64,000 nucleotides of DNA from Squalus acanthias (lineage: Eukaryota): positions 62,622,001 through 62,686,000 of the forward strand of contig CM059432.1 of assembly GCA_030390025.1 (NCBI GenBank), in the 5' to 3' direction. Positions 12,254 to 25,039 of this stretch are shown here, in pieces. The notes beneath the pieces are model-generated. The model was not told where the DNA came from, did not search any database, and worked only from the letters and a program-made list of their open reading frames with translations. The first letter of the stretch is position 1, and each line of letters begins with the position of its first letter. The position numbers and the translations under genes are program-made.

Positions 12254-12945
12254 TCAAACAGGTAGGTGTAAAGGAGCGTCTTAACGGAGGAAAGGGAGAT
12301 AGAGAGGCGGAGAGGTATAGGGAGGAAATTAGAGCTTAGGGCCTAGGTAGCTGAAGGCATAGCTGCCAATGGTGGAGTGATTAAAATTGGGGATGTGTCA
12401 GAGGCCAGAATTGGAGCAGATATCTTGGAGTGTTGTAGGTCTAGAGGAGTTTACAGAGATAGGGAGGGGTGAGACTGTGGAGGGATTTGAAAACAAGGAT
12501 GAGAATTTAAAAATCGAGATGTTGCTCAACCAGGAGCAAATGTAGGTCAGCGAGCACAGGGATGATGGGTGAATGGAACGAGTTAGGAAATGGGCAGCAG
12601 AGTTTTGGATGAGTTTAAGTTTATGGAGGGTGTAAGATGGGAGGCCGGCCAGGAGAGCCTTGGCATAGTCAAGTTTAGAGGTAAGAAAGGTATGGATGAG
12701 TGTTTCAGCAGCAGATGAGCTGAGGCAGGGGTGGAGTCGGGCGTTGTAACAGAGGTGGAAATAGGCAGTCATGGTGATGGTGTGGATATGTGGTCGGAAG
12801 CTCATTTCGGGGTCAAGTACGACATCAAGGTTGCGAAAAGTCTGGTTTAGCCTCAGACAGTTGCCATGGAGAGGGATGAAGTCAGTGGCTAGGGGAAGGA
12901 GTTTGTGGCGGGGACCGAAGACAATGACTTCCGTCTTCCCAATAT
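12252..12945 (-). mobile_element. L2-clade LINE fragment (ORF2 C-terminus)
   Basis: Minus ORF: AYFHL...AAETLIHTFLTSKLDYAKALLAGLP..LKLIQNSAA, a typical L2 ORF2 C-terminal region. Confidence 0.85.
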
Positions 12946-14450
12946 CTGCCCATTAAGGTCCCTCTGCAACTGTACTCCATTTAAAATCATACCATTTAAA
13001 ATGAACTTCCTTCTCAAGTCTTTCTTCCAAAATAGTTACCTTTACCTTTTTTTTTACATTAAACCTCACCTGCCACCTCCCTGCCCTTCCTGCTACCTGA
13101 CCTATGTCCCCCTGCAGTCTTTCGCAATCTGTCACAATTTGCCATACTGCCCCATTTGCTGTCATCAGCAAATTTTGATATTGTTCCTTTAATTCCTAAG
13201 TCCAGGTAATTTATTTATAGTAAATAAAAATGGTCCCAACACAGCCCTCTGTAAAACACAGCTCTTTCTTTTCCGAGAAATTTCTCTTTCATCCTTACCC
13301 TTTGCCTTCTGCCCTCCAAACATCTCATAATCTGATTGGCCACATTCCCCTTAATTCCATGTGGCATTATCTCTTTTATGTGGTTCTTTTATCAAATGCT
13401 TTTAGAAAATCCATATATATACTACAATCGCTGCATTTCCTTTATTTATTTTCCCTGTTATTTCTTCAAAGAATTCTACAAGGTCACTTGAGAACCTGCA
13501 GCTCTGTAGAAATTCATGGTGACTGACCTTGATTAACTCATGTTCGTCCAAGTGTTTCGTAATTCCATCCTGTATGTTAGCTTGCAGTAGTTTACCAACA
13601 ACTGAAGCCTAACTTCCATTTAATTTCTTGACTTGTTCAGGTCTCCTTTTTTGAAGAAATATGGCGCTTTAGCACTTCCCAGGGCTCTGGCGCAGTAAGT
13701 CTTTTCTCAAAATTTTAGCAAATTACAGTTAGAGCCTTTGGTATTTAGTTCCTAGCTTGACTCAGGATCCTCAGATGTAAACCATCAGGCCCTGGTGATG
13801 TGATTACCTTAAGTTTGAGTAACTTGTTTAGTACTACTTCTCTTAGAATGATAACCTCTGCTATCTGTTCTGCACTCACCTCTGGTGGTTTTAAATTTCA
13901 ATATCCACCTCTTCTGTGAAAACTGATGCAAAGCGTTTATTTAGGATTTCTGGCATTTCCTCACTGTCTCCTACGAGTCATTAGTTCCATTGTTAAAACC
14001 TCTCCCCTTGGAGAGATAAGGGGGTGAGATTAAACTTCTGATTGCCTCTCCTCGCTCGGACTCACCTGTGGAACTTGACTGATGTCTAAGCCGGGCAAAA
14101 TTGGTCAGGCCCCGACTGGTGAATTGTGTCGGAGCACCTGATTGGCACCCGCAACTCACCAGAACTATGATGATGAGTCCTGAGGAACAATTTAGGATGG
14201 TCCTCGGGCCTCTCCATTCTCGCACGCCTTGGCTGCACGTTGCACAAATCACGTCCTGTTTCAGCTGCTAATGAATTTAGGCCCAATATTGTCCACACGC
14301 TGCCTTAAGGCAGCGGACAGAGAGCTCTCTTTTTGAGAGATAGAGCGGGTGAGAGTGCCATAGCAGTCAGTAACAAAAATTTTGGACCAGTTTGTTTTGC
14401 AATAGCTTGAAAATGGACCGGCACCTAGGGAGTCAGCGCCTTTATTATTT
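12946..14450 (-). mobile_element. Old degraded CR1-like LINE (RT remnants; possible 5'/ORF1 remnant at 13970-14450)
   Basis: CERLQGDI...RWQVRFNVKK and PGPDG-like remnants. The assignment of 13970-14450 is tentative. Confidence 0.5.
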
Positions 14451-14523
14451 TTCATAAACTGAGATGCATAGGAAATTGTCTGATCTCACTATGAAAACTG
14501 TATTCTGTTCATTCAAAAGCAGT

Positions 14524-14630
14524 CAGCAGTTCTGATGAAAGGTCATCAACCTGAAATGTTAACTCTGTTTCTCTCTCCACAGATGCTGCCTGACCTGCTG
14601 AGTATTTCCAGCATTTTCTGTTTTTATTTC
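14524..14630 (+). mobile_element. Penelope-associated short repeat carrying a minimal hammerhead-ribozyme core
   Basis: AGTT-CTGATGA-A-AGGT(catca)ACCT-GAAA-TGTT-AACT followed by the GATGCTGCCTGACCTGCTGAGTATTTCCAGCA segment, which also occurs at 19354-19461, 34845-34970 and 63025-63106. Confidence 0.6.
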
Positions 14631-14978
14631 TGTTCATTCATGTATTTTATGTTAAATAAACAAGTTTCTTGGTTTGAAGTAGTGCCTTGTCTCGATTGAA
14701 TGCTGCCTTTATAAAGAGAGGAGAAAACACATGGTGGCAGGGCGATATTTCAGTAGTTGGTATACCGAGCAAGGGGTCTATGTTACGAAGCCGGAGTCAT
14801 ACTATCATTTAACTAGATATTGAACAATGAAAGGTGTATTCTGAATAGTAGGGGATGCAAGATCTGCTACAGGAGTGATCGGCAGTGCTGAACTCAGAAA
14901 TTGTAACAATACTCTTATTTTCAATTAATGTTAAAATGTGACTAATTATGTTTATAATAACTGTGACTTTCTTTGTAG

Positions 14979-15071
14979 CTCAATTCTAGGAAGTGGTCTG
15001 AGTCAGTTTAAATCTGACACATTTGGAGTACAATTTCCTTTCTTCACAAGATTTCGAAACTGTGCTGACAG
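14979..15071 (+). CDS. CLC gene exon C (SILGSGLSQFKSDTFGVQFPFFTRFRNCADR)
   Basis: ttgtAG acceptor and GTAATT donor; phase 2/2; G.GLSQ..S...FRN..DR pattern typical of CLC-6/7-like proteins. Confidence 0.92.
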
Positions 15072-15588
15072 GTAATTGATTGATTTTGAAAATGTAGAAA
15101 TAGATTCCACTGAATCACAAAAGCAGATTTTATAGGGCGTGATCTTGCCAGCCCTGGGGAGGCGGGTATGGAGGCGGGACTGCCGGGAAAATGGCATGGG
15201 TTGGCCAGAAGTTGATGGAGGCGGGACTGGAACCCGACAAGTGGGAGTCCCGCCTCCAAAAGCTCCCCATTGGCACAATCACCCCCATAGTGTATGATAG
15301 TGGCACACTGCCGGTTTATCTGTGTGGCACACTTATAGTTTAGAATTATGAATTGCTTGGTGAAATTGATGTGTTTAATCCCATCCCACTTTTTCTGCCT
15401 TTTATGAAAAATGTATTTGTAAATTTATTTTCCAATATTGTCTGAAGCAGAATTAAAGCAATGCCTTAAAATATGAAACATTCCTTTATTTGCAAACAAA
15501 CAAAGGTAATGCATTTGTTTTTTTTTAAATTCCTGTTCAACAGTGTTTCAAGTGCATTGTACTCAGAAGGTATGTTAATCTGTTTCAG

Positions 15589-15832
15589 GAGAAACTTCAT
15601 CACTGCAGGGGCAGGAGCAGGCATTGCCTCTGTGTTCCGAGCCCCTGTGGGTGGACTGCTGTTTACATTTGAAGAGGTGGCTTCTTTCTGGGATATCAAA
15701 CTAGCCTGGCAGACCTTTTTTTGTTGTTTGATGGCTGCATTTACCACCGATCTCCTGTCCTCTTCCTTCCATGGATTTGTTTATCAGGGCCATTTTGGAT
15801 TCTTCAAAGCTGAAGAAAGCATCTTGTTTGGG
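15589..15832 (+). CDS. CLC gene exon D (RNFITAGAGAGIASVFRAPVGGLLFTFEEVASFW...ESILFG)
   Basis: ttcAG acceptor and GTATGT donor; CLC helices G-I with the proton-glutamate 'EE' at 15671-15676. Confidence 0.95.
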
Positions 15833-18305
15833 GTATGTTCTGCAGAGAGCCATTTGACAGAGCTCCATTAATTTAATGTGAGTTGCTGAAGGATCTTCCA
15901 GATAGTGAAACATGTCACGCTAGATAGTAGTTATAGTAAATCAATATTTTATTTCATATAATGTTAACAGAGGAACTGAAATTCACTTTGGAATCGAGGT
16001 GCATTCCACAGAATTATATATTTCACAGAGGATATTACTATATTTGCAGAACATCACTTTTATATTTATAAATCTCCTGTTGAAGTGTAAAATTACATTT
16101 TTAAAAACAATTTCCACAAACTTCTAACAATAGTTGCTTGCTTTTTTTAAATCAGCAAAGTATTTACAAATTGAAGTTACTGATGCTGAGACTTTGCTGA
16201 ATGCTGAACATTTCAATTGAGATGAGGAGCTGTGAGTCAGTGCTGCTCACTCTATTGTAGAATGTTTAACCTGATACTGAGCTACTGCCAATATAAGTTA
16301 CACATTGGATTGATACTAATTACATTTCATACAATTTGGATTTTATTTTTAATAATATGTAAGGGCGGGATCAGAGACCACAGCAGCTGCTCTTATCTGT
16401 TTGCTACAACCAGGAATATTGCAAGAGAATGTTTTAAGACTTCTTTAATAATACCTCGGTGATAATTGGGTTGGTTACTTCAAATCTGACACACAAGGCA
16501 GCAGTCTGAAAACCAACAACAATAAAGTTTTTATTATTGTGCAAACTTTGTTACGAGAACCAAGCGTTCGATATATCCAAAATCGAGGCCTGCTACCACC
16601 CAGGTTACAAACTGCTATTTCATTCTGGCCACCAGAGGGCAAACACTCCTACCCAGTTTTAACATTTCAATACAGTGTAACCTTCGTGTTCCCCAGGTTA
16701 GGCACATACTGCGGGGCTGAGGGTAATTGGTCTGCTCTTCAACGAGCACCATTGTACCAGGAAGCATGCTCGAGTGACTGTTGGACAGAGCCATCAAATT
16801 TTCCCTATCCCCTCTGGGCAATACTTCTCATCTGATCATTTTCTTTCTGTGCAACATAGCTGAGATTATAGCTTTAGTAGAGTGAGTTAGAAACTAACCA
16901 GTGTCTCTCCTCTCCATGTCACCACACGGTGCCTCAAATCACAGCACCATCTGAATTATAGTAGTTTTCATATATCTATAGGCGTCTGGAAGATAATCAT
17001 CTTAAACTGTTAGGGGTTTGAAAATATGTTTGAAATGAACCCTAGAACGGAGACCAGAAAGCTATTTTCTTTAAAGTTATTGATTGAGAAGATTAATTTG
17101 TGCAGCATTTGTGTCACACCTGTACTGTTCAGAGCAAACAATTTGCATAATTTTGCGATTAAAAAGACTGATGAACAACAAAACTGGGTTGTTTTAGACT
17201 TCTGAGTGCCAGGGTATATTCATAAATCCCTCCAGGACACTCGGTGTTATCCTTTGAGCGTTTCAGGCAGTTCTGCATAGTTCAGTGATATTTCTATCAC
17301 AGTTTAACAGTTGACACTTGAAAAGCTTTTTCTGCATTCAGTTCAATATCTCAGCTCATTGCAGTTTTTTTTTATGGCTGCCATAGAAGCAACATGTCAA
17401 TCTATTTAAAACCTATTTTTCTCCCAATTTTCTCTTTTCCCTTTCTGGAGGCAGTGATTATCGCTGGGATACACTTCCATGGCTGGCAGTCATTCTACAG
17501 TCCTTCACCCATTGACCATTCTAAAACTCAGAGATCCTTCAATCATTTCATAAATTAAAAAAAACATGTTATTTAAACTTAGAATGCTGAAGAGTTTCAG
17601 TGATATAACCACAGAACTTTCTTAAGAAATGCATGCCGGGAATTTCCTGGGGTGGGTGGGGGTCCTGATTGGCAGCTGTAACCTTGGCAGGAGATTGGTG
17701 GACACCCCGGATAGCGGGATTTCTGCCGAAGTTGTGGCAGCCGATTGGGAGAACCGCCCGAAGAAATTCCTGACAACACGTTGACTTGATTTGTTTTTGG
17801 GTTTCCCCCCCCCCCCCACCTTTTTCCTCCATCATCAAGGTGTTGATTCTTTCCTGGTTCCACAGATGCTTGTCACCCTGTGAGGTCTCATCCAAGTACC
17901 CATGCGACCCCAGACAGTGAGTCTCGGCAGGTCCTTTGATCGTGGGGGCAACACAGCTGTTCTTAGCCAAGATCCACACAAGTGCACTTTTCAATAGGAG
18001 TTAGAGAACTGCAAACCTGGTTTATTTTGCCCAGCCTAGTTGAGGGGTGCTGAGGCCAATTACAGCATCTGCGATGTCACCCTGGCTGAGATCTGCTAAC
18101 TCAGCACAGACCAGAGATCCAATCTAAGATCTCCTGCTCCCTATAGCTGAATTGCATATTTACTTTACCAATGGCATCATCCTCTTGATATATTCTATTT
18201 TGTACTGAAATGCACCTGTGGTCCTGAAAGGGCTAAAGGTTCTCAATTTTGAAATGCTATTGATACTAATGTGCTACTCTTTTTTTTTGACTTGTGTTCA
18301 TCTAG

Positions 18306-18500
18306 GTTAAATATTTGCTTGACATGAATATTTTGGTCTTCATTCCGACCATTATCCTGGGAATAATAGGAGGTCTGCTGGGAGCATTGTTTGTCTCCAT
18401 GAACCTGAGAGTCAACAAATTTCGGACAGAATGCTTTAACTTAATTAAACATGCGTTAGTGCAAAAAATATGCAAGCTCATGGAGGCAATCCTGATTCTG
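18306..18500 (+). CDS. CLC gene exon E (VKYLLDMNILVFIPTIILGIIGGLLGALFVSMN...EAILIL)
   Basis: tctAG acceptor and GTGAGT donor; 195 nt, phase 0/0; helix J motif G..GGLLGALF...N. Confidence 0.93.
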
Positions 18501-18858
18501 GTGAGTTTCTTGTGACTTTACTGCTGAATGCAGATTATTTGATTTGTTTTTCTTCCCGAGCGTTTTCTCTTGTGTCTTCCTATTGATTTCTGCTCTTTCA
18601 CACAATCTTCAGGTGCACTGCTACACTTCAGTTTGGTGCTGATTTCTGTATCATAAGCTCTGATACACAATTACTGCTGTATCACTGGGCTATTCATTCA
18701 TACTATTTGTAAGCAGAAATAGATCCACAGAAAAATCAGGTATCCCTACCCAAGGGGTGGGTGTATGTGTGCGTATGTGCACGTGTGTGTGTGTGTATAT
18801 TAGGAAAGTTTAAAACCTTAAAGGCAGGATTAAAGGCCTATATAATTTGAAAAACATT

Positions 18859-21106
18859 GGCCTAGAAATTGGGCTACTTAGCAACACCTGTTTGTGCCAC
18901 TACCCTGGCGAAAAATGGTGGTGCCACTCCAGCGCCATTCTCTGACGTGAGACTCAACGGCCGCCATTTTGGTGAGGGCCTTAGTGCTGCCGATAGCAGC
19001 GCTGGCCCTGGAGATGTAAATGAAGAGAGCATGACATCAGTTGGCGTGCAACGGCGACTTGATGCCACGTCTGCAAACTTCGATCTTAGCGCTGAGTTCA
19101 GCGCTGGGTCTTAAGCTCCTTCTGAAAAGTGAGCGTTCAGCAGACTGACAGACGCTGTTAGCACTTCTGAAAGGGACACACACATCTTTCAGGTAAGTTT
19201 GCATTTAAGCTTTTGGACTGGATTTTTTTTTAATTGAAGTAGTGGCTTGGTGCAGTACATGTTAAAAGTTTTTTAAGTGTGTAGGGAGTGCAGAAAGTGC
19301 TGCTGGACCCTTGCAAGGCCTCTGATGGTAAAGGAAGGCCTCTGAGAAGACAGAAAATGCTGAAAATACTCAGCAGGTCAGGCAGCATCTGTGGAGAGAG
19401 AAACAGAGTTCACGTCTCGGGTTGAGATGCTGCCTGACCTGCTAAGTATTTCCAGCATTTTAGGCTTTTATTTCAGATTTACAACATCTGCTCACAGAGG
19501 GAAGATGAAGACGCAGAAGAGGAGGAAGCAGAAGGAAGGATGCAACCTAGACAGCCCCTTTCTGGCCGGGATATCCGGGATGGAATCATCTGCCTGCGGT
19601 ACCAGTAACCAAACCCCCAATTCCTCTTTCAACATTTGCCTTCCCTCTGTTACTGACTATCACAGCGTTCTCTTAGCCACAATGCTGAAATAAAACCCAC
19701 CACAAAGCAAACTTTCCAATCCAACTTTATACATCTATCCATCCAATATGACATCAAGAAATCAACTAATCACCCTTGTGCATTCTCTTAGTGACTGTCT
19801 TGTGTGTGCCTTTGCCTATCCTACTGATGTCACACAGTGCTACCCCAGTGGTTGCAGCATGACTGGTGGAAGGCTGCTGACTTTCAGTGGGGACACTGCA
19901 GATGGCCTTGCTGGTCAAGCTTGAGGAGCTGGTGGCTGGGAGTGTGAAATTGAGTGACAGTGTTTCTTCTTCACTCTCTTCTCCCTCTTCTTGGTCACCC
20001 ACTGGCTGGGCAGGCTGCATTTCTTGGGTGTGTGAAATGAAGAAGGCACAAGGGTGGAGTTGTGGTGAGGGGAGGGCGGGAAATCATGGGGTGCATGCGA
20101 GAAGGAGGATAACATATGAGGATACCAGGATCTTGTATCCTTTCTGCCCCGCCGCTGGTCAAGGGCTCAGCCATGCCCCTGCCAAGAATGGCCAGCAGAT
20201 TTACAGCATCTGCTCGCAGAGGGAAGAGGAAGATGCAGAAGAGGTGGGAGCAGAAAAAGAGGAAGCAGAAGGAAGGATGCAACCCAAACAGCCCCGTGTT
20301 TGATACAGATTGTTGGTACGTGAGTGATGGGGGTGGTCGTGCATTGAGCAGTATGTGAAGACAGTGGTGCAGTTGATAGGAGATGGCTCTTGAAGATGCA
20401 TTCACTGACCTTGACCACTGGTCTGAGGTCATGAAGCTTCTTTGGGCATTGGAGCCAGGTCGTGGGGGTGACACTGCTGGCAGTGACGGCCTCGGTGATC
20501 TGGCCCCACATTGTTCTTTCTGGGGGACCTCCCGGCCCCTGTGGATAAGGGACCTCTCTTGCAGTGTTGACCCGCTGCACAAAGCTGGAGTGCTGCATGT
20601 AAGACCCTGGGTACCCCTTCCCTGGCCTGTTGAGCCATTTGTGTTAGTGCTGAAGCACTTTTCCCATTTTTTTTTTAGGTGCGGAAGGAAATTCAGCTTT
20701 AAGAGCTAAAGACTCCCATTTGGGAATTATTTTTAATGTTAATTTTTTCCCCATAAGTTGAGCTGTAAGGGCTAGACACTGCCCATTTTTATATGATTTT
20801 TATTTGTTTTCATTTCAGAAGGCAGTTCCCCTTTAAGAGACCAAGCTGCTTTCTGAAATGACAACCTCACTTTAAGAGAGGCTGTCCTTGCTGCAATGAC
20901 GTTATGGCCACATTATGTTGGGGCCTCCTGCCAGGACGAACGCCACCAGGATGGTGTTGCACAGTGAGTTTAGTGCTGGGATAATTTTAATTAGTCTCCA
21001 GCACCAATTTACCAGTCCTGCCACCGCGACCATTTTCAGCGGTCGTTAACACCGACCGGCCTGCAGTGGCACCAGCAGGTTTTTAGCGTTCACGAATTTC
21101 CAGGCC
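18859..21106. mobile_element. PIF/Harbinger non-autonomous element with Myb/SANT-like partner ORF remnant (minus, ~20380-20640)
   Basis: TIRs GGCCTAGAAATT / AATTTCCAGGCC (11/12 match); MWGQITEAVTASSVTPTTWLQCPKKLHDL resembles the Harbinger Myb/SANT DNA-binding protein. Confidence 0.75.
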
Positions 21107-21126
21107 ATAGGGTATAATGCAATTAT

Positions 21127-21718
21127 GGCCTGGATATTAACAAGGGCGGGTTGTGTAGGCAGGGGGAAGAGTTTCATACAGGAAGTCTGGGTTTCCCTGC
21201 ATGCTGTGGAGCATGCGTCTTTTCTCCTTGACAGGTTCCCCGCCAGGAAGTCAGCCTGATTGACAAGTTGGGCTTCCAGTTGGGCAGGGAGGACTCCGGA
21301 GCAGGTCGCAGGAGCAGGTAGGTCCGATCCCCGACCCTGGGGGTCTTTGTATGGTGGGGGGGAGAGCTTAGGAGGCCGGGGTGGGGGGGAAGCACTCCTG
21401 CTCCTCTAGGCCCACAAGCAGTGCTGTAAAGGCACTTAACTTCTCCATGAAGCTGGCCTCGCATCCCTTATTCTGCCGGGTTTCCCCGAAGCCTGGGAAA
21501 CCTGGCTGACCACTGTTAAACCTGCAAAGCACGTTAAATCTGAGGCTGCTAGCCTCATTAAAATATTTAAATTTCCAATCCGCCTCCTGGGAACGGATTG
21601 GCTGCCCGCCCCTTGTCCCGCATCCGTTAAACCCAGAAGTGGGCGGGGATGGGGTCGGTTTGAGATTTTTTAAAATTTTGACATCTGACCCACCCATTTT
21701 GGGGGTTAAATTCACCCT
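21127..21718. mobile_element. MITE-like TIR element
   Basis: GGCCTGGATATT...AAATTCACCC ends; reverse-complement similarity to the flanks at 54190-54600 and 54985-55180. Confidence 0.55.
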
Positions 21719-23490
21719 TATGTGTCCCCAAAAATAGGCCTAAAAGTTCTGAAAAATGACAGTTATACAACATAGTTTGGAAATTACATTGTGTGATATT
21801 ATTGTAGGAATGCTTAATGCTGCCTCTATCAACCCTGAAAACAGTGATCCTCTATGTGAATCAATTGTTGCACCATTAAGACACTGGTTAGCTTGCCTTT
21901 AAAACACAGCAGCAGTCCTTTAAGTCTGCTGCTGTGTCAGATATCCTGCCCACACATCAACTGCATTCACTGTGCAGCTCCCAATCTGTGCACGGAATGC
22001 ATGAAAAGTACTTTGCAAGATATTGTGAGGTCTGCTCGGTGTGATTTCCCCGTAAACTGCGCACAGTTGCTGACGATGGAACTGCAAAATTTAGCTTTTG
22101 GTTTCTCTGCAGTTTAATGTCCTGATTAGATTGGGCAACTTACTAGGAGAACAAATGCACAGCAGAGCTCCTTAGAAATGACTGCGGCATCCTTTTTGTG
22201 CCAGTGAGTATAACAAACTGTCCCCCATTCACTTCAGAAGTAAACGACTCTGTTTCTTTCACATGAATAATCTCCATTTAGCCTCAGGCTGAGATGCACA
22301 GGTTGAGGCTCTGGAAGCAGAACAGTTCCTGGCACAGGCTGTTACTTGGGCGAGCGAGCACCCAGCTCTATATCGGTAGCTGATTGCCTGGCAAAGTTCC
22401 TTAATAATGGAAGCATGCTGGTGGTACAAAGGAGAAGAGGACCTGCCAACTGAGAAGCGATTTTGTTGACTGTCGGCCCAGCTACAAGAGATTTGTTGTG
22501 AAAGCGCCAACTAACTGGAGCGACATCCTCATCTCACAGCACCATTGCCAAGAATAGCTCCTGCTCTCATATTCACTTTTTTTGGCCCCTCACAGTGCCT
22601 CACCTGGATAGACCTCATGCTTTATAAGTGGAGTGTGTCCCACAATTTGAGAACCGGTGGACTAGAGATAAATATGGACCGAAATGATCAAATACTCTGG
22701 GGGACATGATGATCCATGTGCTGTTGGGCCTCGGGCGGGAGAGGACATGTCATCGATGGAGAGCAACCTGTTAGGATTGAATAATGGAGATGGATGAATT
22801 TCTTGTGGTTTAACTTGGTTACCTTTTGGATCAGGGATTATTTATGCTGAACTTTCATTTGGCAGATTAAATGGGTGGGTGTTACCCATGTAGAGGATTG
22901 GAAGGAGTGGGTTTTACTCTCATTCCATGCTTTCTTATGTTCTTACTGATTTTGTAGCCATGCTTTTTTCATCTCCTTCAGTTATTCATTACAGCTCATC
23001 TATTTTGAGAAAATGTTTTAATATGTTGTGCCTGTCATATATTTTAATGAAAGCTGCATGGCTGAAATCCAGTCTGCATCACTGAGTAAACACTCACTTG
23101 TCTGTCACTCGCAGCATCAATTATTGCTTTTTGTCTACTTGAGACAGGGAAAAGTAAAATGGGTGAACCAAACTCTGCAATCACAAAGGACTTAAAGCTG
23201 AAAACGACAGAATCATAAAAATTGCAAGGTACTTGTTTGGTGTGTGTCCAGGTTAGATCTTTGCAGTTTGAGGATTTCTATTGGACAGCAGAGCTTCATT
23301 AAATGTCTGCCATTTTAGCATCTTTTTTTAAAGCTCGCATGTGAAAATACTTGAAATTCTTGTCAATGAAAAGATGTATTATTTTCATATAACTTTTATA
23401 TTAATCTCTTTCCAGCAAAGGTAACTGTAATCAGAAGAAAAGATAAATCATTTATAAAGTTCGGTCTTTTGTGCACACCCTGTTTTTCAG

Positions 23491-23579
23491 GTAATCACAA
23501 TTACGGTCACTGTCTATGTGCCTTCCTTCTTCCCATGCACACCGCTCTCTAGCCACGTGCACAGTGAACCAAAAAACAG
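23491..23579 (+). CDS. CLC gene exon F (VITITVTVYVPSFFPCTPLSSHVHSEPKNR)
   Basis: tttttcAG acceptor and GTAAGA donor; phase 0/2 bridges exons E and G exactly; end of helix K plus a loop Cys. Confidence 0.82.
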
Positions 23580-24354
23580 GTAAGAACACGCTTTTCTCTT
23601 TCCAATTTTCTACCTTCCCTCCACTCCCCTCTTGAAAGTTTTGGCTCCTCAATGGAGTACTATTTCACAGGAACCGTTACTTTGTCCAAGTGGCCATTAT
23701 TCATGTGTGAGATTTGACAGTGAATGCTGGCTGGCTATTCGCCTGTGCAAGTCATCACAGCTGAGCCTGATCCTGTTCTCACCCATTGTTCACACACACA
23801 CTTCCTTCAAGAGTCACTTTATAGTCATCTGCAAGGCCACTGGTATACAGTGACTGATTAAATCAAATACAGTTTTTAATTACATGGAATTCCAGGATTC
23901 TTATTGGTATATTAGGGATTACATTTGGAATTTTGTGATTCTGTCCCATTTTCCATGAAACCTCTGAATAAGTAGCCTTCTTGGTCAGGAGTGGGAGTCA
24001 TGGTTGATTATCCCTTTCCTCTTCCAGGCTACTGCAGATGATGTTAGTGTCCCCACTGTTGTCCTTATCAGCTAACTCAGTATCCACATGGAATTGAACC
24101 TGTGATCTGAGCTGTATGGTTTAGAGATGGTGCTTTTAGCTCTGAACCAACCGAGAGCCCCAGATGGTGCATTTTTAATTACAACACCTTCCTTCATCTG
24201 GTTTTCATTGGCAAGACTGAAGCCATTTTGTCTGACTACCATCAAAATGCCATACCCCAACCCCCTCTCTCCCTAGCTGCTCACTCAGGCTGAATTCAGT
24301 GGCATCCTGATTGATCCTTAGCTGAGCTTAGGTCATTCACTTTGGACCTAAGAA

Positions 24355-24945
24355 AGATAGATCAGAGTATTTTCTAAATGGCGAGAAGCTAGGAACTGTG
24401 TATGAGCAGAGAGATTTAGGGGTCCAAGTACAGAAATCACTAAAAGCTAGTGGACAGGTACAAAAATAATTAAAAAGGCTAATGGAATGTTGGTCTTTAT
24501 CTCAAGAGGGCTGGAATACAGAGGGGTGGAAGTTATGTTACAGCCGTACAGAGCTCTGGTTAGACCCCATCTGGAGTGCTGAATTCAGTTCTGGGCATCG
24601 CATCTCAGGAATGGATGCAGTGCAGATTCACCAGAATGATACCGAGCGAAAAGGGTTAAATTATGAGGACAGGTTGCATAGACTAGTCTTGTATTCCCTT
24701 GAATATAAAAGATTAGGATTGAACTAATTAAGATGTTTAAGATGATCAAAGGAGTTGCTAAGGTAGATAGAGAAAAACTATTTCCTCTGGTGGGAGAGTC
24801 TGAGATTGAGAGATTTTTGTTAGGCAAGGGTATTAAGGGTTACGGAACCAATGCGGGTAGATGGAGTTAAGATACAGATCAGCCATGATCTAATTGAATG
24901 GCGGAACAGGCTCGAGGGGTTGAATGGCCTACTGCTATGTCCCAA
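24355..24945 (+). mobile_element. CR1 LINE 3' fragment, degraded and internally deleted
   Basis: KGLNYEDRLHRLVLYSLE and the CR1 3' UTR (GATCAGCCATGATCTAATTGAATGGCGG). Confidence 0.8.
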
Positions 24946-25039
24946 CGTGCTTCACAGGAGTATGATCAGACAAATTTTGACACCAAGAGACATTAGGAGA
25001 TATCAGGACATGTGACCACATGCTTGGTCAAAGAGGTAG

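Noticed and set aside
8810..12339. Very long ORFs (686, 1112, 626, 498 aa) rich in G/V/E/W or P/H/T/S
   Set aside because: Artefacts of the stop-free G-rich tandem array; open in several frames at once, with no splice or domain evidence.
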